Positions 1 to 7,765 of a stretch of 64,000 nt of DNA are shown piece after piece. The translations under genes were made by a program, and so were the position numbers. Below the pieces are notes generated by a model. It saw only the letters and a program-made list of their open reading frames with translations, had not been told where the DNA came from and made no database searches. Every line of letters begins with the position of its first letter. Position 1 is the stretch's first letter. Source of the stretch: an uncultured SAR86 cluster bacterium (GTDB lineage Bacteria; Pseudomonadota; Gammaproteobacteria; Magnimaribacterales; D2472); assembly GCA_902551185.1 (NCBI GenBank), contig CACDCN010000002.1:22616-86615 (forward strand), given 5' to 3'.

Positions 1-1368
1 TGCCTTTCCAGTACCTTCTTTAACAACTTTTTCTAATGCTTTCAAAATATATGCTGCGGATTGATCTGAAATTACTTTCCTAGAAGTCACCTGCTCATTA
101 AGTAATAACTGAAAATCTTTATAAACACCATTATTAGCAAAAACTGAATATGCTGATGCAATCTGAAATGGACTAACTTTTAAGCCATAACCATAGCCTA
201 AACTTGCAAGCTCTTTATCTGAAACCTTTTCTTTAATATTCATATAACCAAATGATGACGATGGAAAGTTTATAGATATTGGTTTTGTAAATCCAAAATC
301 ATAATAATTCCTTTTTAAATTATCATAGCCTAATTTTAGCGCTACTTTTGAAGCCCCAACCTGACTAGAAAAAGCAATAATCTCTAGAGGTGTTAATCTT
401 TCATAAGTCTTTGAATCAACTATTACTTTATCATTTAATTTTAATCTTCTTGGAATCTCAATATACTCATCATCCGTTATTATTTCTTTATCTATCGCTT
501 TAGATAAAACAATCGGTTTAAGAACAGATCCTAGTTCATATGCTTCAACAAGAGCTCTATTTTTTTGAATTTTTCTTTGAGGATGATTTGGGTTATAGGA
601 AGGATAGCTTGCCATCGCTAGCACTTCTCCATTTTTATTATCAAGTACAATTACTGAGCCTGCCTCAGCTTTGTTATCTCGAATAGCCTCAGCTAAATAT
701 TTATATGCAAAAAATTGTATGGTTGCATCAATTGTTAAATGGATATCTTTTCCCTGAATGGTTTTGCTTATCTCTATAGGCTGGGAAATAATCTCCTGCT
801 TTGCATTTTTAAAATATTTTTGGCGCCCAGCTTGACCAGCTAAAACTTTATCATAACTTTTTTCAAGCCCTTCTTGAGCACCATCTGTTCCGTAGAAGCC
901 TATTAAAGGAGCTATTTGATCACCTAATGGATAATGCCTACTATGTCTTAATTCAATTTCAAAATTCTCTAATTTTAAATTTTTTATTGCCGTAAGTTGT
1001 TTGTTAGATATATTCTTCTTTAGCAGCATCTTTTTGCTAAAAGATTCTTCTATAACCTCGATGTCTAAGTCTACTTTTTCTGATAACTTTAAAAGTTGAG
1101 ATTTTGTAAACCCTTTAAGAGCATATGCATCATAATTAACTATTGAGACAGCTAGTGGAAATTTATTTCTATCAAATATACTTCCTCTAACAGGTACAAC
1201 ATCCTTATACTTTACGTATCGTTTATTTCCTTCGTTCTGCAGAAAATTACTATCTAAAAATTGTATTGAAAAAATTTTATAAATAATTGCTATAAGAGCA
1301 ATAAGAATGCAAAAAAATATTAACAGGAATCTCCAATTTAATATTATGTTGTGTTTATTATTTATCAT
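1..1368 (-). CDS. ftsI: Peptidoglycan D,D-transpeptidase FtsI (PBP3), N-terminal part only; the C-terminus lies beyond the window start
   Basis: Not in the ORF track because it runs off the edge. My minus-strand translation from the ATG at 1368 gives MINNKHNIILNWRFLLIFFCILIALIAIIYKIF (membrane anchor). Further on it gives ...ALVEAYELGSVLKP (in-frame SxxK motif at 514-516) and an SSQ(SxN-like) motif. It directly follows ftsL and overlaps its stop by 11 nt. Confidence 0.85.
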   Translation of the reverse strand, partial: MINNKHNIILNWRFLLIFFCILIALIAIIYKIFSIQFLDSNFLQNEGNKRYVKYKDVVPVRGSIFDRNKFPLAVSIVNYDAYALKGFTKSQLLKLSEKVDLDIEVIEESFSKKMLLKKNISNKQLTAIKNLKLENFEIELRHSRHYPLGDQIAPLIGFYGTDGAQEGLEKSYDKVLAGQAGRQKYFKNAKQEIISQPIEISKTIQGKDIHLTIDATIQFFAYKYLAEAIRDNKAEAGSVIVLDNKNGEVLAMASYPSYNPNHPQRKIQKNRALVEAYELGSVLKPIVLSKAIDKEIITDDEYIEIPRRLKLNDKVIVDSKTYERLTPLEIIAFSSQVGASKVALKLGYDNLKRNYYDFGFTKPISINFPSSSFGYMNIKEKVSDKELASLGYGYGLKVSPFQIASAYSVFANNGVYKDFQLLLNEQVTSRKVISDQSAAYILKALEKVVKEGTGKA

Positions 1369-1630
1369 TGCTAATCTTTCTTGGCCTCTTCTTCTCCATA
1401 CCTAAAGATTCTTTTGCAAACTTTTCAATACTTGCTGGAGAATTTTTAATATAAAATTGTGTAGTAAGTTTTAAATTTAAATCTTTTAAATTATCATGTT
1501 CGACTCTTAAATTTGCATAGTTATTATGCAATGTGCTTATTTCCCAAGATAACTTTATTTTTTCTATGCTTAGAAAGAATATGCCCATAAAAAGAATAAA
1601 AATATTTATTATAATTTTATTATTAATCAT
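1358..1630 (-). CDS. ftsL: Cell division protein FtsL
   Basis: 90 aa with one N-terminal TM helix followed by a coiled-coil-like segment. It sits between rsmH and ftsI and overlaps rsmH by 4 nt. Confidence 0.8.
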   Translation of the reverse strand: MINNKIIINIFILFMGIFFLSIEKIKLSWEISTLHNNYANLRVEHDNLKDLNLKLTTQFYIKNSPASIEKFAKESLGMEKKRPRKISNDK

Positions 1631-2520
1631 ATCTTTTCAAATACCCTCATTATTGCACTTCTAGATCTTGGATTGCTATTCACCTCATCTTCTGAGGGCC
1701 TTATTTTTTTTGCAATACATTTGAAAGACTTCTCTAATTTATTATTTAAAGGTATATCTTTAGGATAATTTATTGATGAAGGTTTAAAAAAATTCTTTAT
1801 TATATTGTCCTCAATAGAATGAAAGGCGATGGTAACTATTACTCCGCCTCTTTTTAAGATTTCTTTAGATATTTGCAAAGATTTTTCAAATTCTTCTATT
1901 TCTTTATTGATAAAAATTCTAAACGCTTGAAATGATTTTGTTGCTGGATGGATTTTTTTAGTCTTTTCCGGATAGTTTTTCTGAATAATCTCTGCTAATC
2001 CTAATGTTGTTTTAATTGATTTATTTTTTCTCTCTTTGTCTATTACATCTGCAATTAGCTTGCCGTGCTTTTCATCTCCATACTTATATAATATTTCTGT
2101 AATTTCTTTCTTTGGTGCTTTTTCCAGCCATTCTGCAACTGTTATTCCATCAGAGTTGTTGAAGCGCATATCAAGAGGCCCATCTTTATTAAAACTAAAC
2201 CCTCTATCAGGTTCATCTAAATGAGTTGAGCATGTTCCTAAGTCATAAATAATCCCATTTACACTTTCGGTTTTAAAATATTTATCTAGATTTTTAAAAG
2301 AATCATGAAAGCTTTTAAAGTTTTTCTCTTTAAAGTCTTGTGAAAATTTAAATGCATCAGGATCTTTATCAAAAGATGATAAAAATCCTTTAGATGAAAT
2401 TTTATTTAAAATTAATTTTGAATGGCCGCCTCTTCCAAAAGTACAATCAATATAAGAACCATTCTTGTCTTGAATAAGAAAATCAATAGACTCTTCCAGC
2501 AAAACTGGAATGTGTAGCAT
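1627..2520 (-). CDS. rsmH: 16S rRNA (cytosine1402-N4)-methyltransferase RsmH (MraW)
   Basis: MLHIPVLLEE...YIDCTFGRGGHS...DLGTCSTHLD...GFSF are typical RsmH motifs. It occupies the expected dcw position. Confidence 0.95.
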   Translation of the reverse strand: MLHIPVLLEESIDFLIQDKNGSYIDCTFGRGGHSKLILNKISSKGFLSSFDKDPDAFKFSQDFKEKNFKSFHDSFKNLDKYFKTESVNGIIYDLGTCSTHLDEPDRGFSFNKDGPLDMRFNNSDGITVAEWLEKAPKKEITEILYKYGDEKHGKLIADVIDKERKNKSIKTTLGLAEIIQKNYPEKTKKIHPATKSFQAFRIFINKEIEEFEKSLQISKEILKRGGVIVTIAFHSIEDNIIKNFFKPSSINYPKDIPLNNKLEKSFKCIAKKIRPSEDEVNSNPRSRSAIMRVFEKI

Positions 2521-2521
2521 T

Positions 2522-3631
2522 TTAATCTACTTGCTTTCTCATAAAAGTCGGCACATCAAGGAAGTCTATTGCCTCTGCAGACGATGCGCCAACTTTCTGA
2601 CTTGTTTTATCTTTATCTAAACCAACTGGATTTAGTTTCATAGCAGGTTCATTATCAATAACTACTGATGGAGCTTTTTGATCAACTCCTGTCGCAACAA
2701 TAGTTACTTGAAGGTCATCTCCTAAACTTTTGTCATAGACTAAACCATAAATAATGTTTGCATCTTCGCTTACAATTTCATCAACAATATTTGCTACCTC
2801 GGTCTGATCTCCTAGAGTTGGTTTTTTAGCGGTTATGTTTACTAAAACCCCTCTTGCATTTCTTAAATTAATATCTTCAAGTAACTCACTTTTAACAGCT
2901 TGATCACCTGCCGCTTTAGCTCTATTTTTACCACTTGCTCTTCCTGTGCCCATCATGGCTATGCCTTTTTCAGACATTACCGTCTTTACGTCAGCAAAAT
3001 CAACATTAATATGTCCTTTTTTCATAATGATGTCCGAAATTCCCTGAACAGCCCCCCTTAAAACATCATCTGCTTTAGCAAATGCTTCTGGCATTCCTGT
3101 TTCTTCTCCTAAAATTTCATAAAGTTTTTGGTTTGGAATTGTTACCAAGCTATCTACTTCTTCTACTAATGCTGCAAGACCTTTTTCAGCAGCTGCCATT
3201 CTCTTTTTTCCTTCAAACTTAAAAGGCTTAGTTACCACTGCAACTGTAAGTGCTCCAAGCTCTTTTGCTATTGAGGCTACTACAGGTGCAGCTCCGGTAC
3301 CTGTTCCTCCTCCCATACCAGCAGTTATAAAAATCATATCTGCACCAGATAATAATTCTTCTATAGCCGTTCTATCGCTTTCAGCAGCTCTTCTTCCGAT
3401 ATCAGGGTCTGCTCCAGCTCCTAGGCCTTTGGTTAATCCATTACCTAATTTTAAAGTTATTGCTCCTTTTGCACCTGAAAGAGCCTGAGTATCAGTATTT
3501 GCACAAATAAAATCAACGCCTTTTATATCATGATTTATCATATGTATGACAGCATTACCTCCACCACCGCCAACACCAACTACTTTTATTTTAGCTCTTT
3601 CTATTTTTGACCCAACTACATTAATTTCCAT
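2522..3631 (-). CDS. ftsZ: Cell division GTPase FtsZ
   Basis: VGVGGGGGNAV, the tubulin signature GMGGGTGTGAAP, and the conserved C-terminal peptide DFLDVPTFMRKQ. AGGAAA SD lies upstream. The stop is 1 nt from the rsmH start. Confidence 0.97.
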   Translation of the reverse strand: MEINVVGSKIERAKIKVVGVGGGGGNAVIHMINHDIKGVDFICANTDTQALSGAKGAITLKLGNGLTKGLGAGADPDIGRRAAESDRTAIEELLSGADMIFITAGMGGGTGTGAAPVVASIAKELGALTVAVVTKPFKFEGKKRMAAAEKGLAALVEEVDSLVTIPNQKLYEILGEETGMPEAFAKADDVLRGAVQGISDIIMKKGHINVDFADVKTVMSEKGIAMMGTGRASGKNRAKAAGDQAVKSELLEDINLRNARGVLVNITAKKPTLGDQTEVANIVDEIVSEDANIIYGLVYDKSLGDDLQVTIVATGVDQKAPSVVIDNEPAMKLNPVGLDKDKTSQKVGASSAEAIDFLDVPTFMRKQVD

Positions 3632-3646
3632 ATTATTTTTCCTAAT

Positions 3647-4114
3647 TTAAAAAGACATTGTTTTAATACTTTCTGGAAGTACTACATCAAGAATTTCTGT
3701 AGATAAAGAACCGCCTGTTTGTCGCATTTCCCAATTATTAATGTTCCAAATTTCGAATTTATTACCCATGCCAACAAGAGCAATCTGCTTTTCTTCTTCT
3801 ATCTCAGAATATTCTCTTAAGTCTGGCGGAACTCTAAGGAGCATTCTTCCTTCAATATCAATATCTGATTCGTAGGCATTACCCAATATGGTCCACTGGA
3901 TATTCCTTACAATTGGGTCTAATCCCTGAAGTGATGTTAATTTATTTGATATTGCATCCCATTCTAAACCTGGATAAATTTTTAAAGATGGGTATTGAGG
4001 ATCTTTAGTTATAACAATCTTGCTATTTTTCTGTATTTTAAAGTCATTCCTATACCTTGCAGGAATTAAAAGCCTTCCTTTCGCGTCTAAAGATACAGTG
4101 TTAAAACCAAACAT
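3647..4114 (-). CDS. mraZ: Transcriptional regulator MraZ
   Basis: MFGFNTVSLDAKGRLLIPARYR, and a second SpoVT/AbrB-like half with GRMLLRVPPDLREY. It is the first gene of the dcw cluster. Confidence 0.93.
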   Translation of the reverse strand: MFGFNTVSLDAKGRLLIPARYRNDFKIQKNSKIVITKDPQYPSLKIYPGLEWDAISNKLTSLQGLDPIVRNIQWTILGNAYESDIDIEGRMLLRVPPDLREYSEIEEEKQIALVGMGNKFEIWNINNWEMRQTGGSLSTEILDVVLPESIKTMSF

Positions 4115-4137
4115 CTACAAAATATAATGTCTTTTTA

Positions 4138-4175
4138 CACACTTTGCAACACTTTTACACACTTTTTCACACTTA
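4138..4175 (-). promoter_or_regulatory. Putative MraZ operator: four direct repeats of AAAGTGT[G/T] (one is TAAGTGTG) at exact 10-bp phasing, upstream of mraZ
   Basis: The plus strand reads cacacttt / aacacttt / cacacttt / cacactta, starting at 4138, 4148, 4158 and 4168. The last repeat ends about 23 nt upstream of the mraZ ATG. The motif resembles the published MraZ direct-repeat operators (10-bp period; AAAGTG[T/G] type in Mollicutes, TGGGN in E. coli). Confidence 0.55.
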
Positions 4176-4199
4176 TTTGGATAAAAGGCATGTTATTGA

Positions 4200-4536
4200 A
4201 AACAAGTGAGTTGGTTTGTAAGCCGGATTCTGTAAAAGATGATCATCTATCTTGATATTATGTTGCCATAATATTCTAGCAACCTACCCAAATCCAAAGC
4301 GAGCAACTTTATTGGATCTCTATTTGGTTTTGCTTCAGGCTGGGGTTTACAATGCCTTAAATGTTACCATTTAAGCGGTAAGCTCTTACCTTACCTTTTC
4401 ACCCTTACTAAAAATTAGCGGTTTATTTTCTGTTGCACTATCCGTAAGCTCACGCTTCCCAGGAGTTACCTGGCGCCCTGCTCTTTGAAGTCCGGACTTT
4501 CCTCTAATAAATTAGCGATCATCCAACCAACTCAAG
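4200..4536 (-). ncRNA. rnpB: RNase P RNA (type A, M1 RNA); ends are approximate
   Basis: The minus strand contains the universal motifs GAGGAAAGTCCGGAC, GCCAGGTAAC...CCTGGGAAG and ACAGAATCCGGCTTA. The 5' TGAGTTGGTT pairs with the 3' AACCAACTCA to form P1. No credible ORF is present. It lies between rsmI and mraZ, as in Pseudomonas-type synteny. Confidence 0.9.
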
Positions 4537-4539
4537 CAC

Positions 4540-4568
4540 ATTATAATGATTTTTTATGTTTCTATCAG
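4540..4568 (-). promoter_or_regulatory. Candidate sigma70 promoter for rnpB, overlapping the rsmI stop codon
   Basis: The minus strand reads CTGATA-17 nt-TATAAT (perfect -10 at 4545..4540). The P1 5' strand begins about 7 nt downstream. Confidence 0.4.
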
Positions 4569-5369
4569 AAATTTATATATATCTCTCTTATTTTGCTTAG
4601 TTATTAATGAAATAAGCTTTGCTGATTCTGAGGCCGGCAATCTTTTTAAGAATTCTTTTTTAATCTTACTATCGATTTTTAAATTAGTTTTAATATTCTG
4701 TGCGCCCTCAATTACAATTACTATCTCTCCTTTTAAATGAATTTTTTCTTCTTTAATTTTACCTAAGATATTCGATAATTTATCACTTATAACCTCTTCA
4801 TGTAATTTCGTCATCTCTTTACATATGGATATTCTTCTATTTGAATTTAAAAATTTTAATAAGTTAGAAATAGTTTTTTCTAGTCGTTTTGATGAATCAA
4901 AGAAAATAGCTGTCTTATTTTCATATTTTAAATTTTCAAAACACTTTGCTTGCTCAATACTTTTCCTTGGTATAAAGCCGAAAAAAGAAAATTGATTAGT
5001 TGGGAGTCCTGACATCACCAATCCGCTTATTACAGAAGATGGTCCTGGTATCAAAGTATATGAAATACCTTGTTCTAGACATTCTCTTATTAACTTATAT
5101 CCTGGATCTGAAATAGCAGGAGTTCCTGCATCTGAGACTATAGAGATATTCTTATGATCCTTTGCATGTTTAATAATCTCTAAAGAAACTTTATCTTCAT
5201 TATGTTCGTGAAAACTTTTACATTTTTTTTTGCAATTAATAAAATCTAAAAGCTTTTTAACATTTCTAGTATCCTCAGCATATAAATAATCTGCTGTTCT
5301 GATAACATCTATTGCTCTAAGTGATATATCATTTAGATTACCAATTGGTGTTGAAATAAAATTTAACAT
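4554..5369 (-). CDS. rsmI: 16S rRNA (cytidine1402-2'-O)-methyltransferase RsmI
   Basis: TPIGNLNDISLRAI...YAEDTR...SDAGTP.ISDPG are tetrapyrrole-methylase-fold RsmI motifs. It is divergent from an lpoA-like gene, as in E. coli (yraL/yraM). Confidence 0.93.
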   Translation of the reverse strand: MLNFISTPIGNLNDISLRAIDVIRTADYLYAEDTRNVKKLLDFINCKKKCKSFHEHNEDKVSLEIIKHAKDHKNISIVSDAGTPAISDPGYKLIRECLEQGISYTLIPGPSSVISGLVMSGLPTNQFSFFGFIPRKSIEQAKCFENLKYENKTAIFFDSSKRLEKTISNLLKFLNSNRRISICKEMTKLHEEVISDKLSNILGKIKEEKIHLKGEIVIVIEGAQNIKTNLKIDSKIKKEFLKRLPASESAKLISLITKQNKRDIYKFLIET

Positions 5370-5371
5370 TT

Positions 5372-6328
5372 ATGCATAATGAATATATGAAATCCAGCTT
5401 AACATTAATTTTATCTTGTTTGATAATGTTTATAGTTTCTTGCTCAAGCATTCCAACCCAAAACCAAAATAAATCAAATACTAAGCTTAATCTAAATATT
5501 GAAACATCTAATAAAAATAAAGAGATTATTATTGAATCTTTATTGAAAGAAAATATCAAATTTTCTATTAATTTTGATACCAATAATTCTTACTCATTAA
5601 AAGATGATGTCTTGCGCTCAAATATGAAATATTTTTGTAAAAGCTTAATTAATGAGCAACGAGACGTAATTGAGACAGCTATTTTTAATAAGAAAAGTAG
5701 CGATAATAAAAAAATATTAATTATTTATTCTGATAAATATATTAATTCTATTGAATCCCTTAAGGGCAAACATCCAAAAGAACTATATTATTTTCTTAGT
5801 AAGAAAAATTTTGAAAATAATATTCAAAAAATACTTCATGTAAATCAAAGTATCGAAAGGTATTCTCAGATTTCAAATCTTGATAAAAATTTAGAAATCC
5901 AACACAGCCCTAGAATAAGAAAAGATATATCTAAAATATATTTCTTAATAGATTATGATCTTGGAAAAACAATAGTCCCAATTTTTAAAAGCTATGCTTT
6001 AGATATAGATTTTTATTCAACTAGTGAGTTATTTCATGGTGCAACTGATATCAAGAAACTTGCTGATTTTGAGGGTACTTCTATCCCCTTGTCTTCAGTA
6101 ATATTTAAAAAAATTATGAACAAAAACGATATTATAAATATTCAAAATGAATTTGAAATATTAATGATTAATGATTTTTTAGAAATTGAAAAAATATATC
6201 AAAATAATCTTTATAAAAGAAATGTGTTGCTAGAAACAGGATATACAAAAATTCAAAAAAATAAGTGCATTGATAGGAGTTTGCCTATTTGGAAAATTAA
6301 TATGAATGATCTTATTCTTCAGACTTAA
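5372..6328 (+). CDS. Lipoprotein, putative short LpoA-like penicillin-binding-protein activator
   Basis: Lipoprotein signal MKSSLTLILSCLIMFIVSC (lipobox IVSC). The call rests mainly on conserved divergent synteny with rsmI. At 318 aa it is much shorter than E. coli LpoA. An alternative start lies at 5387. Confidence 0.45.
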   Translation: MHNEYMKSSLTLILSCLIMFIVSCSSIPTQNQNKSNTKLNLNIETSNKNKEIIIESLLKENIKFSINFDTNNSYSLKDDVLRSNMKYFCKSLINEQRDVIETAIFNKKSSDNKKILIIYSDKYINSIESLKGKHPKELYYFLSKKNFENNIQKILHVNQSIERYSQISNLDKNLEIQHSPRIRKDISKIYFLIDYDLGKTIVPIFKSYALDIDFYSTSELFHGATDIKKLADFEGTSIPLSSVIFKKIMNKNDIINIQNEFEILMINDFLEIEKIYQNNLYKRNVLLETGYTKIQKNKCIDRSLPIWKINMNDLILQT

Positions 6329-6926
6329 GGTCTCTTTCTAAAGATGACAAGCTATCAAGGAATCCTGGTCTTTCAAATACAGAATTTTGATAATCAATTA
6401 ATGGTTTAAGATGCCTATTAATTGGCAACTTTATTCCTATTGAAGGTAGACGCCAAAGAATTGGAGCAAAACAACAATCAACTAGTGTAAATTCATCACA
6501 CATAAAATATTTGTACTCTTTAAAAGTTGGTGCTATTGAAGATATCTCATGGAGCAATTCTTCTCTTATTTTCATAAGCTCTTTTTTAGATTTATTTTTC
6601 TCTATTAGCTCATCTACCATAGGACACCATTCCCTATCAATTCTTAACATAAGAGTTCTGCTATTAGCTCTAGCTACAGGGTATACAGGTAATAGGGGTG
6701 GATGTGGAAACCTTTCATCTAAATACTCCATCATTACAGAGGGATCATGAATAGCAAGATCTCTATCAACAAGAATTGGTAACTTCTGATATGGGCTAAT
6801 TGATATAATATCGTCAGGCGTGTCTTCAGCTTTTGATTCAATAATTTCTGCTGATATATCTTTTTCCGCTAAAACAATCCTAACTCTTTGACTGTAATGG
6901 TCATCTCTGTCTGAATATAAAATCAT
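6312..6926 (-). CDS. sspA: Stringent starvation protein A (GST-like)
   Basis: MILYSDRDDHYSQRVRIVLAEK...LPILVDRDL...ERFPHPPLLP shows strong SspA similarity. It lies downstream of petABC. Confidence 0.93.
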   Translation of the reverse strand: MILYSDRDDHYSQRVRIVLAEKDISAEIIESKAEDTPDDIISISPYQKLPILVDRDLAIHDPSVMMEYLDERFPHPPLLPVYPVARANSRTLMLRIDREWCPMVDELIEKNKSKKELMKIREELLHEISSIAPTFKEYKYFMCDEFTLVDCCFAPILWRLPSIGIKLPINRHLKPLIDYQNSVFERPGFLDSLSSLERDLKSEE

Positions 6927-6937
6927 ATTTTCCTCAA

Positions 6938-7765
6938 TTATTTATTATAGTCTTTATGGTACTCTCTATATAGCAAAGAAGATAAAGCAGTAAATATTAA
7001 AAAGTAAAAAACTACATACCATCCAATCCTCTCTCTTGCAGCCTTACTTGGTTCACCAATATAAACTAAAAAATTGGTTAAATCATAAATTAAGCTATCA
7101 AACTCTTCTTTTGATAGCTGGCCTGTCCCTTCTTCAACTTCAAGAAAGCCGCACTTTTCTTTTGTAATAGTTTTTCCTAATTCGTCTCTTTTCTCTCCAC
7201 CATTCCTTGCAATTACAGGTATATTTTTACAAACTAATTTTTGATTGCCTTGGAGCGATAAGAGTACATTTGGCATTGCAGTCCCCGGATATACCAAATT
7301 ATTTACTCCATATTGTTTGGATGAATCTTCATAATAAGCTCTTAAATATGTATATATCCAATCATCACCTTTATATCTAGATACTAATGTTAAATCTGGT
7401 GGTGCAACTCCAAACCAATTAGCTGAATCTTCTGGCATTGCGCCTATCATTAAGTCACCAGGCTTTATTGATTTATCAAATACTAGATTCTCAAAGAAAA
7501 TATCCTCAGGAATTTTAAGATCTTCAGCTACTCTTCCCCATCTAGAATACTGTAGTGAATGACATCCATAACAATAATTTATGTATGTAGAGGCGCCTCT
7601 TTGAAGAGATTCAATATCATTAAGCGAATATTTAAAAACATCACATTCTCCATAATCTTTACAAGGGCCCCCTTCTGCAGCATATAAATAACTCGAAGAA
7701 AGCATAAATAACATCAAAAAAATTTTATTTTTAAAAATATTTATATCAATTTTATTTGTAATCAT
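6938..7765 (-). CDS. petC: Cytochrome c1 of ubiquinol-cytochrome c reductase
   Basis: Signal peptide, heme motif CYGCHS, and a C-terminal TM anchor. It overlaps petB by 4 nt. Confidence 0.9.
   Translation of the reverse strand: MITNKIDINIFKNKIFLMLFMLSSSYLYAAEGGPCKDYGECDVFKYSLNDIESLQRGASTYINYCYGCHSLQYSRWGRVAEDLKIPEDIFFENLVFDKSIKPGDLMIGAMPEDSANWFGVAPPDLTLVSRYKGDDWIYTYLRAYYEDSSKQYGVNNLVYPGTAMPNVLLSLQGNQKLVCKNIPVIARNGGEKRDELGKTITKEKCGFLEVEEGTGQLSKEEFDSLIYDLTNFLVYIGEPSKAARERIGWYVVFYFLIFTALSSLLYREYHKDYNK

Noticed and set aside
2522-3631. ftsZ as a horizontally acquired or mobile insertion, given its locally higher G+C than the neighbours.
   Set aside because: There are no flanking repeats, IS or integrase remnants. 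The 15-nt and 1-nt junctions are operon-tight. The higher G+C is explained by the Gly/Ala-rich conserved FtsZ sequence. It looks like an intragenomic rearrangement rather than a foreign insertion.
4546-4740. 64-aa plus-strand ORF starting next to rnpB.
   Set aside because: It lies antisense to the 3' end of rsmI and overlaps the rnpB promoter. It is hydrophobic and low-complexity with no SD. I judge it spurious.
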